Source: Octopus vulgaris
Lineage: Eukaryota
Direction of reading: 5' to 3'
NCBI GenBank assembly: GCA_951406725.2
Contig: OX597828.1
Span: 70,866,001 to 70,930,000 of the forward strand
DNA: 64,000 bases
Below the pieces are notes generated by a model. It worked only from the letters and a program-made list of their open reading frames with translations. It had not been told where the DNA came from and ran no database searches. Position numbers and translations under genes: made by a program. Shown piece after piece: positions 31,532-47,088 of this stretch. Position 1 is the stretch's first letter. Each line of letters opens with the position of its first letter.

Positions 31532-31836
31532 GTATCAATTCGTTTTTCATGTTCTTTTACGTTTACAGCACTCCCCCCTGTACATTGTGTGTGTCTATCT
31601 ATTATATATACATACATGCATATATACACATACATAACTATATATAAATATATATCATTATTATATTACTTATGTGGTTGTTAGAGTTACTATTATTATT
31701 ATCATTATTATGTTTTTCATGGTCTTTTACGTTTACAGCCCTCGCCCCGTATAATGCGTGCGTCTATATACCATATATATATACATATATACACATACAT
31801 ATATATATATATATAAATATATATATACACATTATA

Positions 31837-31872
<36 letters not shown>

Positions 31873-32080
31873 TGTATACATATATATAATATATATGTAT
31901 ATGTATATAATATACATATATACATATACATATTTCTATGGGTATGTATGTATATATATATATATATATATACATACACACATACACTTCAATATGTTTA
32001 TAATAAAATTGTAGAACTAAACTATTGTGTACATATATGTATATATAATGTTTAGTGCTCATGACCAATAAAGAAAATGC

Positions 32081-32149
<69 letters not shown>

Positions 32150-32161
32150 CTATTATTATTA

Positions 32162-32218
<57 letters not shown>

Positions 32219-32342
32219 TATTATTTTTTTATTATTATTATTTTTATTATTATTATCATTTTTTATTTTTATTATTATTATTATTATTATTATCATTTAT
32301 TATTTTTTATTATTATTATTTTTTTATTATTATTATTTTTTA

Positions 32343-32409
<67 letters not shown>

Positions 32410-32609
32410 CATCATCATTATTATTATTGGTTTATGCGGTTGTACATTGTGTGTCATCATTCATTGTAAATATATACATGCATAGGAAGCTTTACAGTAG
32501 GAAACCGGTAGACAAAGATAAAGATTATGTCATATGTGTATGTGTGCATGCATGTATGATGTCTGTTTATTTAACAGTTTTTCAATATAGGAATATACCT
32601 GTACGGTGT

Positions 32610-32659
<50 letters not shown>

Positions 32660-32767
32660 CGCGTGTGTGCGTGTGTAATGTTTACATTCGTCTGAACATA
32701 CAGGGCTGGTTAAAATTTCTTTTGCTATGTTCTGTACTACATTACACCAATGTACATAGCGCACCTG

Positions 32768-32839
<72 letters not shown>

Positions 32840-32842
32840 TAT

Positions 32843-32912
<70 letters not shown>

Positions 32913-33023
32913 GAGGTAGAAAATATTTTAGAGGGGAAACACACGTGGTGGATATAAATAAAGTGAAAAGACGAAAAAACAAATCTTGTTTTTCATCTTT
33001 TCTCTTTCTCTCGCTCTCTCTCT

Positions 33024-33096
<73 letters not shown>

Positions 33097-33399
33097 TATA
33101 ATTGAGAAATGCAGGGAAACGGCTGCATATTCAAGTACCTGCACGCGTGGAGAACTACGTTGTGTAGAAAAGTTGTGGTGATTGCAAGTAAATGTCCAAC
33201 CGTACTCCTTGTTAATTCCATTTTTTTCTTCAATTATCAATTCACACACGACAGAAACCCAAACATAAACCTGAAAGTATGTATGATATTAGAGGGTGAA
33301 ATCTGAAGGTGGGCGAGCTTTATACTCTACTCTACTACGTTCTTAACAGAATATAGCATAAATATATATATATACTAGTATATCATATATAGAAATATT

Positions 33400-34165
<766 letters not shown>

Positions 34166-34174
34166 TTCTAATTT

Positions 34175-34221
<47 letters not shown>

Positions 34222-34699
34222 GTAAATGTCGAGTGTTCGACACCGCATTGGTGGATAGAATCTCTTTGTGAATCAAGACTACCATTGGTTTCATGTTACG
34301 TATACGCCTCGGCCTCTATTATTCGTTCACTTATTTGCTCGTGTGTGTGTGTGTCTTTGTGTGTGTATGTGTGTGTGCGTGTGCGTGTGTGTGTGTGTGT
34401 TGTTTGCTGTTTAATTCATTTCTCCTAAGTATTTGTCTGTTTGGTCTAAATCTTTTGTCTCTGTCTCTTTATTTAACATGGCATAAACGTTTTTGATTTT
34501 TATTTTCTCTCTCCAGTTCTCATATCAGCCAGTCTAGTGAATCCGTGTACTATCTGTTGCTAAGTTTCTACTTGCTTATCATCTGTAGCGTATAGCTTCA
34601 GGTCGTCCATATACAAAAAAAAACACAGTTGATTGTCCCCCACCCAAATTCATTTGAACTGAATTTCAACTGATTTCACACATTAGTTAAATATGTTAA

Positions 34700-35500
34700 C
34701 GTCATACTGAAAAGGAGTGTGGGAAGAGAGAGAAACACAGATTTCCATTGGAACATTCCTCTAATTATAGAAAGAGGATATGCTTCACAAACAATTTTGT
34801 ATTTCTTGTAAATGCAAAATTGTTTGCCAATTGTTCATGGCATGATTATTTCATCTACTTATCAATGGGGTTACTTTATTCGTAGGTAATGTCTTCAGGA
34901 TCTACATGTAGGAAATAGCGTCAAAAACCTTCTTGCCATGATAAAATCCTTTTTTTCTCTTCCTAGTCTTCAGTCACACTTCTGTTAATCGATTATTGAT
35001 CTTCACTGCCATATCAACCGTGGATTCATACGTTCTGTTCTTCTGGAAATTAGTTGATGTTTCTTTACTACATTTTTTTACTATTTTTTTCTATTTATGC
35101 TTAGCAGTATTATCGTAGTTAAAACTTGCTAAGTTGTATAAAGGCAGATTATGGGTTTACGTCTTCAATTTTTTTTATCCTTAAAGATTTTTTTTTTTAC
35201 TTTCCAAGAACTTCTTTCGGGCGCTGTTTTCGGTGGTTCTACCAAATAGTTAATAAATCTTTTCGCCAGGCTTTATGCGGTCTCTTAAATATTTCGACCA
35301 AAACTTTAGAATTTTATTATTTCCGTTCGTCTTTTTTTTAATTTTATTTTATTCGTTTTGGTTCGCTTATTGTAGCATCTGACTTACTTCCTCCGTTGAT
35401 ATGGTCATTCCACATTCAATCGTTATACAAATTGTTTTAAGCATTCTTGTTCTTGACGAGTTCTTCATTTTCCAAAGTCCTCTCTAAATTTTTTTCATTT
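34700..35500 (-). mobile_element. Highly decayed non-LTR reverse transcriptase fragment (R4-like)
   Basis: Minus strand gives KVFDAISYM*ILKTL (cf. KAFDSVPH.WI..L) and IIRGMFQ.KS...LLF (cf. RGIFQGDSLSPLLF) in the right order. Confidence 0.5.
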
Positions 35501-35680
35501 GTCTTGGAATTGGTACTACATTAGTTTCTCTTTCATCTTTTACCTACTTCTTCATAAAAACATTTTCGATTGGTCTCAAAGCACTTGTTTCGTTCTCAGA
35601 ATCCTTGGCACTTTTCCCACCAACAGATTCTTTGCGATTCAGCAAGTATCTCTTGTTTCAAGAATTCTTTGATTTTGGCT

Positions 35681-35723
<43 letters not shown>

Positions 35724-35766
35724 CGTGTGTGTATGTGTGTGCGTGCGTATGTGTGTGTGCGTGCGT

Positions 35767-35804
<38 letters not shown>

Positions 35805-35902
35805 CTTGTTAAATTTTGAGTATTTACGACACCTTTTCATTTCATTCTTGTCTTTTCATCATAGATTTCTTTAAGGACTGAGAGATCTTTAAAAAAACTA
35901 GC

Positions 35903-36181
35903 ACTCGGTCGGTGACGACGACGAGGGTCCCACTTGATCCGATCAACGGAACAGCCTGCTCGTGAAATTAACATACAAGTGGCTGAGTACTTCACAGATA
36001 CGCGTATCCTTCACGTAGCTCTCGGGAAGATTCGGCGACCCTTTGAAATACAAGTGCAACTCATTTTTACCAGATAAGAAATAAAGCGTCTTGTTCAAGA
36101 ACGCAACGCGCCGTCGGGTATCGAACTCACGACCTTACGATCGTGATCCGGATACCCTAACCACTAAGCCACGCGCTTTCA
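35903..36181 (-). mobile_element. SINE family C copy (internally deleted)
   Basis: Reverse complement of the family C head and tail. Confidence 0.7.
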
Positions 36182-36828
36182 CGAGATACCTTCCAATTTT
36201 TTTGTTATTGATCATTTCTATAAGTTTGTTTTCTACATCGTTTCTTTGGATGTCACAATTGCTACACGACCAGATCTGAGTAAACACTTCTCTTTCTGAC
36301 TACAATAGGTGCTGCACGTATTATTTCGTTTAACCTGGTGATATTTATGTTCGTATCTGTCTTCATTAGGTCTGCGATAGCCAGGCTCAGGTAGAGACGT
36401 TGTCGTTGGTATGTTATCATAAGTTTTATCCTTTTGGATGGGTCTTGTCCGTAACCTGCTGGAAAATTTATTTAATTTACTTTTTCACCTTTAGATTATT
36501 ATTATGTGGTGCTATTAAGTTAGACATGGCTTGGACCAATCTTTGGTCGAAACATATCTAAGTTTATCTAAGTTTATATTCAGGATATCCATTTTCGAAA
36601 GTTTTTTATTCTCAAATCGTTCTCATAACCTTCCTTACATTTGTTTGCGTTTTTCTGGTTCGACTTTCGTTGGTAAAATATTTGATTGGCGTTCGATTTG
36701 CTTTTGCAATATTTTGTTATTTCTTTTGTTTGTTGTATCTTCTCAGCTTCCTTTATCAATATATTCAACTTTAACATTTTTATCCTCCTTATTTCCCTAC
36801 TCTTATTATTATTATCATTACTACAACA

Positions 36829-36865
<37 letters not shown>

Positions 36866-36874
36866 TTGTTGTTG

Positions 36875-36906
<32 letters not shown>

Positions 36907-37203
36907 GGTGGTGGTGTTGTTGTTATTATTATTATTATTATTATTAATGAAAGGTTGAAAAAATAGCAAAAGTGGATGGTACCGCTCTAAGTGAAGACCT
37001 GTCGGCCAGGGACAGGTATTGGAGCTAACCATATGTCCCTTTTTTTTTTCAGTGTATACTTTCTTTCTTTCCTTTTTCTTTTTATCATTTCATTATTATA
37101 TATAAACCCCAATACTTTATGTCAGTCTTTGTATTGTCTCCCTCATCCTTCTCCCTTGTGGCAAATAAATGAAATCATATCATAATCATCATCATCATCA
37201 TCA

Positions 37204-37298
<95 letters not shown>

Positions 37299-37325
37299 AT
37301 ATCCTTGTTTTGTTTCTCCCCACAG

Positions 37326-37429
37326 TCACTCTGAACGGTTCCCGCCCTGACCAGACCTTACTGGGGATTATGATGGTTGTGGTCCCAAATGGTACCCTGG
37401 AAGAATACAAGAGTCTGGGAACTTTTAAG
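37326..37429 (+). CDS. SPON1: Spondin-1 (F-spondin)-like internal exon, reeler domain (x-TLNGSRPDQTLLGIMMVVVPNGTLEEYKSLGTFK)
   Basis: Pyrimidine tract plus CAG acceptor (ttgtttctccccacag) and AAG|GTAAAT donor. 104 nt, phase 1 to 0. Aligns by eye with F-spondin reeler VTL...GFTLIAL...AGTFQ and joins in frame to the 43603 exon. Confidence 0.8.
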
Positions 37430-37612
37430 GTAAATTTCCTTCGGTGTCACTCACCCTTAAATATTTCTTCACCACCCATCTTATTGTACGCCACACTATA
37501 ATACCCAGGAACTAGTAATCAGCAGCATCTGTGAAGGGAGTCTGGCAGATCCGAGTTCAATTCCTATCCTGTCATCATGGTTTTTCATGTTTGTAGATAA
37601 AATATGTACTAA

Positions 37613-37775
37613 GGGCGTAGGTATGACTTTTTGGCTAAGACGTTCACTTCGCATCCACATGGTTCCGGGTTCAGTCCCACTGCACGGCATCTTGGGCAAG
37701 TGTCTTCTACTCTAGACCAAGGCCAACTGAAGCCTTGTGAGTGCAACTGATAGACGGAAACTGTGAAGCCATCGT
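37613..37775 (+). mobile_element. SINE family A head
   Basis: ccacatggttccgggttcagtcccactgc..cttgggcaagtgtcttctact... Confidence 0.7.
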
Positions 37776-38151
37776 GTGGGCATGTGTGTGTGCATATGTG
37801 TATGTGTGTGTGTGTGTGTGCGTGTGTGCGTATGTGTGCGTCTGTGCATGTGCATGTGTATGTGTGTGTACATGCGTGTGTATGTGCATGTGTGTATATG
37901 TGTGTTTGCATGTGCGTGTGTGTGTGCATGTGCGTGTGTGCATGTACGTGTGTGCTTGTGCGCGTGTGTGTGTGTGCGTGTGTGCATATGTGCATGTGTG
38001 CGTGTGTGTATGCGTGTGTGCGTCTGTGTGCGTCTGTGCATGTGTGTGTATGTGCATGTGTGTATGTGCGTGTTTGCATGTGCGTCTGTGTGTACATGCG
38101 TGTATGTGTACGTGTTTGTATGTGCGCGCGCGCGTGTTTGTGTGTACGCGC

Positions 38152-38478
38152 GAAGGTGCGTGGCTTAGTGTTTAGGGTATTCGACTTAGGATCGTAAGGT
38201 CATGGGTTCGATACCCGGTGCAAGTTGTGTCCTTGAGCAAGACACTCAATTTCCCGTTACTCCAGTCCACTCAGCAGGCAAAAACGAGTTACACCTGTAA
38301 TCCAAAGGGAACCAGCCTTGTCACACACTCTGTGTCACACTGAATCTCCTTCTGAAAGAACTACATTAAGGGCACATGTGTCTGTGGAGTGCTCAGCCAC
38401 TTTCACATTGATTTCACGAGGAGGTTGTTCCGGTCGGTGATCGGATCAACTGGAACCCTCGTCGTAACCGACGGAGGG
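38152..38478 (+). mobile_element. SINE family C copy
   Basis: Colinear with 826-1131. Confidence 0.8.
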
Positions 38479-38543
38479 CCAGGTTTTATGTGTGTGTGTG
38501 TGTGTGGATAGATAGATAGATAGATAGATAGAGAGAGAAAGAA

Positions 38544-38585
<42 letters not shown>

Positions 38586-38609
38586 GGACGGACGGACGGA
38601 TAGATAGAC

Positions 38610-38683
<74 letters not shown>

Positions 38684-39532
38684 GCAGAAAGACAGACAGA
38701 CAGATAGAGAGAGAGAGAGAGGGAGGGAGAGAGAGAAATACATAGCCAAACCGACAGACAGACACACAGACAGATGTTGTAGTCCAACCTCTTTCAAATC
38801 CCTTCCTCGACACCACCATAAATAGTGTCGCCCTAGACATAACCATACCAAGCTGTGATGGTCACGGCAGGAATGCCATTGGGTCATAGATCCACTCGGG
38901 TTAAAGAACGACGACATCAACATGTACGAAAGAGCACCTCTGTGGTCGCTCGACCTACTAAAAATAGCAGCAATATCTCATTCGAATTATGAGGTTAATT
39001 GAAACCTTCCAGCAATTAACAAACTTAGGTGTGGTCCTGGCCTTTCTGCATATAGGAAACGACGAGGTGGTCACGGTTGGAATAACATTAATCATAGGTA
39101 TTTTCAAATAGGGCGGAGCTGGGACGAAACAACAGCGACATTACACGCCCACACACGCCCACACACACACGTAACCTCCGTGCACACAGCTTAAACACAC
39201 ACACACACACACCCATACACTCAGAAGGACATACACACACACACACACACACATACACTCAGAAGGACATACACACACACAAACACACGCATACGCACAC
39301 ATATAGTACAGACATGCTCACTACCCCACAAACACAGACACACACACAAGCATATATACAGAGGCACACACACACACCACACACACACACACACATACAC
39401 ACACATATACAAACACACAAAACACACTATACGAGCGCGTGCAACATACACACTGACACTAACAAACACATACACGCACACTCACACACATAAATATACG
39501 TACATCCGTGCATACACCCTCACAAACACGCA

Positions 39533-39579
<47 letters not shown>

Positions 39580-39730
39580 ATATACATAAAGGCACAGATA
39601 CAAACGCACACACTCACTTATATACACAAAGACGCGCGCACGCACACACACACATACATGGACATACACGCATAAATATATTTACATCCGTGTACACATC
39701 CTCATAAACACACACACACAAACACACACA

Positions 39731-39777
<47 letters not shown>

Positions 39778-41075
39778 GCACTTATATTCACACAGGTACA
39801 CTCACACGTCCACACACGCACACACACGCACGCACACGTATAAGCCGCTTGAGGAGACGGGTAAAGGACCGTAGAGTTCTTTGCCCACCCTCGCTTAATT
39901 ACGGGGTGCATGCTTTATCTGTTTAAAAGACAAACATCTTGGGTGACTTTTTACAACAACAGCAACATTTTATTATATTACACACACACACACACACAGG
40001 GATAAAGTTAACTGTGCTAATTATGATTATCAAAATGAAATATAATTATTTCCTTGAAAAAATTAATTTAGAAAGGAATAAAGTAAAAAAAAAGTCGTTT
40101 ATTTTCGCAAGTGCTACAGTCTAGATATTAAACAGACTCCTAAGGGGTATGTTTAAGTAACTAATCTTTGACCCCTTCATCTGACCTGATTAAGACTGGT
40201 AGTTTACTGAAGCCCCCCCTAAGGAAAACAATGGTACCCTGTTTGTTGTCAAAGCAACTGCACAACAAGTATTAATCTCTGTTTTACATGGAGGTTACCA
40301 TCACCAAGGGCATGTCAGCTGATTTCTGACACGAATGAAGGACCACACTGGTTGGGGTAGAAACGAGACGGGTATTGTTGATTATATCGCCTCCAGTTCG
40401 TGACTGGTACTTGAATTTTATCTATCCGAGAAATATGAAGAGTGAAGTTGACCTGAGCGGAATTTGAACTCAGAACATAAAGAGATGTAACTAAATCTCG
40501 TATGATACTTTGCCTGCAGCTCTAGCAATCCTGACTCCCTGGACCATTGACCGTTTGATCCCGTGACCTCCTAACACATGTTTGTCTCGCTATGTGGCTT
40601 TTAGTCAGAAGTTGTCAACGTCTTTATTACTTTCAAATCCATACTAAGACGTAAATAATTACTATCATAATACATGTCACAATATTTGTCATAGTAGTTA
40701 ATACAGGTCACAGTTCCCTACATCATTCACTGTATCTCACGTCATAGTGAAGGAGCCGTCGACCCGTGAGAAATGGCTACCAAATATCACTCCAGTCTAA
40801 GAAAGAGTGCATTGGAGTGCCTAGTCCTAACACACTCTGTCAGCATAAAAGATGGGATGGTCACAGTTAGAAGGTCTTTGACTCTTGGTCTTTTGAATCA
40901 AGGTTGACTTCTGAATAAACAACAATCTACATGCGATGCAGCACAAAGTATATCAATAACATACATAAGAACAATTTGCAACAGAGATTATGCATGACTC
41001 ATCAAATCACAACAAAATAAAGTACCTTTACAGCATATCATCACAACTTCCAACTCGTTATCATATCTCGATATA

Positions 41076-41475
41076 AGGCGGCGCGCTGGCAGAGTCGTTA
41101 GCGCGCTGGACGAAATGCTTAACGGTATTTCGCCCATCGCTACGTTCTAAGTTCAAATTCCACCGGGGTCGACTTTGCCTTTCATCTTTTCGGGGTCGAT
41201 TAAATAAGTACCAGTTACGCACTGGGGTCGATATAATCGACTTAATCCGTTTGTCTGTCCTTGTTTGTCCCCGCTCTATGTTTGGCCCCTTGTGGGTAGT
41301 AAAGAAATAGGTATTTCGCCCATCGCCACGTTCTGAATTCAAATTTCCCCGGGGTCGACTTTGCCTTTCATCTTTTCGGGGTCGATAACTTAAAGTACCA
41401 GTGAAACACTGGGGTCGATGTAATCGACTGGCCCCTTTCCACAAAATGTGAGGCCTTGTGCCTCCAGTAGAAAGG
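41076..41475 (+). mobile_element. SINE family B, dimeric (full unit plus second unit starting ggtatttcg at 41310)
   Basis: Homologous to 47616-47847, with an internal direct repeat. Confidence 0.85.
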
Positions 41476-42738
41476 ATTATTATATCCCGCAACTCATTAC
41501 AACATACGAAAACACTTTACAACAAATCCTATGTCGCTACACGTCACGCTGTAAGAGTCGTTTACAGACTCACGCCTTCTCAATGCATTATAGTAGGGTC
41601 TATAAAGGTTATCAATGGTCAGGAAACATTTTCTAGTTTAACCCCCTCTTCAGCTTAAATATCCGTCTTCCCAAATCACAACTGAGTTTCTAAACTTTGA
41701 TTCCATTTCCTGGCAAATCGCAAGTGTTATAAGCTCTCTAATGAAAGTAAAACTATCTTTAAAACCAGGAATGTTATTTCTAGAACTTCGCAACCACAAT
41801 CATCAATTTCAATACCAAGAGTCTATCTTTTACACATAGTACAATTCCATCTTCTACTTGTAGCTGTGACATCCCTACTGTTTTCCTCTTAACGTAAAAA
41901 AGGCCTTTTGGGAACATTAGTCAGCTAAAAGTTTCTCTTGATGACCACATTGTCATTTAGTCTTATATTGGACTCACTGAAAGCAAGTTACTAAAAACCA
42001 GTAACTTTAAGAGAGACCTGAAGAAGACACAATACAGCCTTTTCTAAATATTTTTGGTACCTGAAGGTCACACTGTCAAAGTGCTTTTAGAATACGCTGG
42101 CCAATTCTGGGCTTTACATTACTTTATATACAAGCTGAGTTTAGTTGCAAAATGCGATAAACTGCTCTGCTTAAATGAAAAACAAGCAATTTTGTTACAA
42201 GAGACTGAGAAATTCGAATTTGTCCATCTTTGCTGGCATTCAGAGAAATTCCAGCTCCTAAATATTCGTATTATCAAACAAATAATATATAATTACAAGC
42301 AACATGAAACGAAAATAACATTATTTCTTAATTTCTAAGATCCCAGACGTTACAAATTTCCTAACTTTTTTTTTATGAGTCGCCTCCTCTGAAATTATAT
42401 TACAATTTTTACGAATGCATTTATTTCAATTTATATTACTTTGTATAAACCATATTTACTACACTATTTTTAAAATCATTTTTACAATGTACGTACAAAG
42501 TGTTATTTTCACCTGGCAAACAATATATAGCCATTTTATTTTATCCAATCGATCTTTCCGTTATTTGCCATTAGCCAATCAATACTTGCCATACAATTCG
42601 ACACTTGTAAACTTTTTAAATTCCGTTTCGTTGTTTTTCTTTTTTTTATAACCGTCTGGAAATTCAGCTTCCAATACATTATTTTACTCTACTTATTGTA
42701 TCGAATACTCATTCACTCTCACCCCATCTCTTTCTTTC

Positions 42739-43420
<682 letters not shown>

Positions 43421-43602
43421 TTTACGTGTGTATGCGTTGGTGTTTGTGTGAGTGTTAAGTAAGCATGTGTGCATTCGTGTGCATTCGTGCGTGTGTGTAC
43501 ATGTGTGAGCGTGCGTGTGTGTGAAAGCGAGATCGCATCACTACTGCACCAGGTGAACCAAACGTCATTAATTAACACACCCTCCTCTTTGACTAATTAC
43601 AG

Positions 43603-43742
43603 TTGAAAAACAATGAAGATCTTCTACAGATTGCCAGACAGTGTAACCACACGGTTCTCATACATAGATTCCTGCTACCCAAGAAGGGTATTTCGGTAAT
43701 ATGGAAGGCACCAGAACGTGGCTCCGGTTGCGTACAGTTCAG
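43603..43742 (+). CDS. SPON1: Spondin-1-like internal exon, reeler domain (LKNNEDLLQIARQCNHTVLIHRFLLPKKGISVIWKAPERGSGCVQF-R)
   Basis: Branch-like gactaat plus tacag acceptor, and AG|GTGAAA donor. 140 nt, phase 0 to 2. Contains the reeler hallmark V-x-W-x-A-P-x-x-G-x-G-C-V. Not present in the ORF track; read manually. Confidence 0.92.
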
Positions 43743-43759
43743 GTGAAATACACTTTCTT

Positions 43760-43781
43760 TTTCTTCTTCTTCTTCTTCTTC

Positions 43782-43818
<37 letters not shown>

Positions 43819-43871
43819 CATTATTATTATTATTATCATTATTATCATTATTATTATTATTATTATTATTA

Positions 43872-43923
<52 letters not shown>

Positions 43924-43976
43924 CATTATTATTATTATTATTATTATTATCATTATTATTATTATTATTATTATTA

Positions 43977-44014
<38 letters not shown>

Positions 44015-44281
44015 TGCTGTGCTAATTTTCTGAGCAAGGATGCACAGCTTTTTGCCACGCATTGCGTCCATTTCTACTCCAGTGACGATGACGATGATGA
44101 CGACGACGACGACGATGATGATGATGATGATGATGATGATGACGATGATTATGATGACGATGATGATGATGATGATGACGATGACGATGATGATGATGAT
44201 GATGACGATGATTATGATGACGATGATGATGATGATGATGACGATGACGATGATGATGATGATGATGACGATGACGACGAC

Positions 44282-44334
<53 letters not shown>

Positions 44335-44377
44335 CGATGATTATGATGACGATGATGATGATGATGATGACGATGAC

Positions 44378-44468
<91 letters not shown>

Positions 44469-44472
44469 TTGG

Positions 44473-44509
<37 letters not shown>

Positions 44510-44533
44510 GGTGCTGGTGATGATGATGGTGGT

Positions 44534-44576
<43 letters not shown>

Positions 44577-45016
44577 GGTGCTGGTGATGATGATGGTGGT
44601 TGGTGATGGTGGTGGTATTATTGTTATTGCTGGTGGTAGTGGTTTTCATTGTGGTAGTGTTAGTGATGGTGGTGGTTGTGGTTGGGGGGTGATGGTGGTT
44701 GTGGTTGGGGGGTGATGGTGGTTGTAGTGATAACAGTGTGTAGTAGTGGTGCTGCTACTATTGCTGCTGTTGTTGTTGTTGATATGATGGTTGTATTGCT
44801 TGTGGTGTCGGTGGTGCTGGTGGCAGTAGCAGTGGTCTTGGTAGCATTTGTGTTGTTGTTCTTGGTAGTGGTGGTGATGATGGTGGTGGTGGTGGTGGTG
44901 GTGGTAGTGGTGGTGGTGGTGGTGGTGGTGGTGGTGGTGGTGGTGGTGGTGGTGGTGGTGGTGGTGGTGGTGGTGGTGGTGGTGGTGGTGGTGGTGGTGG
45001 TGGTGGTGGTGGTGGT
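43760..45016. repeat. Compound trinucleotide microsatellite block (CTT)(ATT)(GAT)(GGT)
   Basis: Directly visible; begins about 17 nt after the 43742 donor site. Confidence 0.97.
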
Positions 45017-45394
45017 GTCACGCTTCCTTCCATCATAATGGTATCACTGTGATGGCGTCGCTCTTCATACAATTTCCTCTTTTTCTTTTCCCTTTAAATT
45101 AATATTCTCAGACTTAATTCTTTTCATGTTATCCACTTTACAAACACAAATGTCTAAACTTGACAACATAATTACTAAACTTCGCCAGTTTTGTTTTGTG
45201 TTGTTTTGTCTTTGTTTTTGTTTACATAAAAAAAAATCTTTGTTTTTTTTAAATTTTTTACTTTTATATTTGGTAACAACTCGGGTGGAGCTCATTCGTA
45301 TACCCTGCGGATGCCATTGGTGCTATGATTGCGGTGAACATTTCGTCCTGTTACTTCATAGGCGGTCATCCGACATGCAATACGTATAAATATT

Positions 45395-46012
45395 TATTTC
45401 TTTATTGCCCACATGGGGGCTAAACATAGAGGGGGACAAACAAGAACAGAGAAAGGGGTTAAGTCGATAACATCGACCCCAGTGTGTAACCGGTACTTAT
45501 TTAAATGACCCCGAAAGGATGAAATGCAAAGTCGACCGCGGCGGAATTTGAACTCAGAACGTAACGGCAGACGAAATACCTAATTCTTTACTACCCACAA
45601 GGGGCTAAACACAGATGGGACAAACAAGGACAGACAAACGGATTAAGTCGATTACATCGACCCCAGTGCGTAACCGGTACTTAATTTATCGACCCCGAAA
45701 GGATAAAAGGCAAAGTCGATCTCGGCGGAATTTGAATTCAGAACGCAGCGGCGGACGAAATACCGCTAAGCATTTCGCTCGGCGTGCTAAGGTTTCTGCC
45801 AGCTCGCTGCCTTAATACGTATAAATATTTATTTCTTTATTGCCAACTGTGGGGCTAAACATAGAGAGGGACAAACAAGAACAGAGAAAGGGTTTAAGTC
45901 GATAACATCGACACCTAGTGCGTAACTGGTGCTTATTTAAATGACCCCGAAAGGATGAAAGGCAAAGTCGACGTCGGCAATATTTAAACTCGGAACGTAA
46001 AGACAGACGAAA
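45395..46012 (-). mobile_element. SINE family B cluster: dimer (45395-45812) plus headless unit (45825-46012)
   Basis: Three reverse-complement units of family B. Confidence 0.85.
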
Positions 46013-46124
46013 TTTCTTCAAGGCATTGCCCCTGCATGGCCGCAGTCTAATGACTGAAACAAGTAAAAGATAAAAGATAATTCTAGTTATGAAATAATTA
46101 CTATGAAGCATTGTGTAGAATATA

Positions 46125-46438
46125 TTGTATAAATTATTGTGGGTAAGGCCAAAACAATGCGAAGTAAATGCAAGGAAAATCACAAGAAAACAATTATGGC
46201 AATTAATGTAGACTTAACTTGTATTCAATATTTCGGGGTTGCTATGGCAACACCCTTCTGCGCATGTCCACTCCACACACGCACATCGACAACATTCGTC
46301 AATTATTTGAAAATGGGGTCATAACCCCAAAATATTGAATACAAGGTAAGTCTACATTAATTCATATATTTGTTTTCTTGTGATTTTACTTGCATTTACT
46401 TCGCATTGTTTTGGCCTTACCCACGATCTTTTATACAA
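46125..46438. mobile_element. Fold-back MITE with ~100-115-bp TIRs
   Basis: gtgggtaaggccaaaacaatgcgaagtaaatgcaag...ggggtt is mirrored by aacccc...cttgcatttacttcgcattgttttggccttacccac around a spacer of about 80 bp. Confidence 0.8.
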
Positions 46439-46450
46439 CAACAACAACAA

Positions 46451-46518
<68 letters not shown>

Positions 46519-46574
46519 AAATATTCTGCTCAATACCTCAGATTTGCTTGTCAGTTCTTTTACCTTAACCTGTT

Positions 46575-46959
46575 GAGCATGTCCCTTAGTGACTGACGAT
46601 ATGTGCATCTCTGATCACGAGCAGAAGTAGTGGAGGAGCATCATAGCTATGTGTTGAGAGGAATTCTTTGGGTTTGGATAATTTGGAAACATGGGTGTTT
46701 CGCTCAACATCCTTAAACAAACCTTATTTAGCGACCTTTTGAGAGGGATGGGCTACTCGACCTGAAGAAAATTGTAACTGGGCCCCACCTGCAAGGTGTT
46801 TATCTTGATATGAGATCACCATGTCGCGCACATATGGTTGTGATGCATGTGCCTGGTGTACCCTTATCAGACGGGTAGTCATGATGGGTATACAGGGCTT
46901 TGTATATTTGTACCCTAGTGTCACTTTGAAGGCATGCGCTGCTCCCTCACTCAATGACG

Positions 46960-46995
<36 letters not shown>
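46575..46995 (+). mobile_element. Non-coding retroposon 3' segment ending in (TAA)n
   Basis: GC-richer unique block terminating ...ctcactcaa then a TAA array, next to the R4-type fragments. Classification is by context and recollection only. Confidence 0.4.
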
Positions 46996-46999
<4 letters not shown>

Positions 47000-47088
47000 C
47001 AACAACAACAACAGCAACAACAACAACAACAACAACAATAATAATAATAATAATTATTATTATTATTATTATTATTATTATCATAATC

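Noticed and set aside
41640-42340. LEYAGQFW resembling the CR1 ORF2 motif LEYAVQFW
   Set aside because: A single short motif; surrounding frames are too decayed to support a call.
43718-44606. Poly-Ile/poly-Asp ORF resembling acidic biomineral proteins (also 51596-52030)
   Set aside because: It consists of pure (ATT)n and (GAT)n arrays inside a spondin intron, with no signal peptide or codon diversity.
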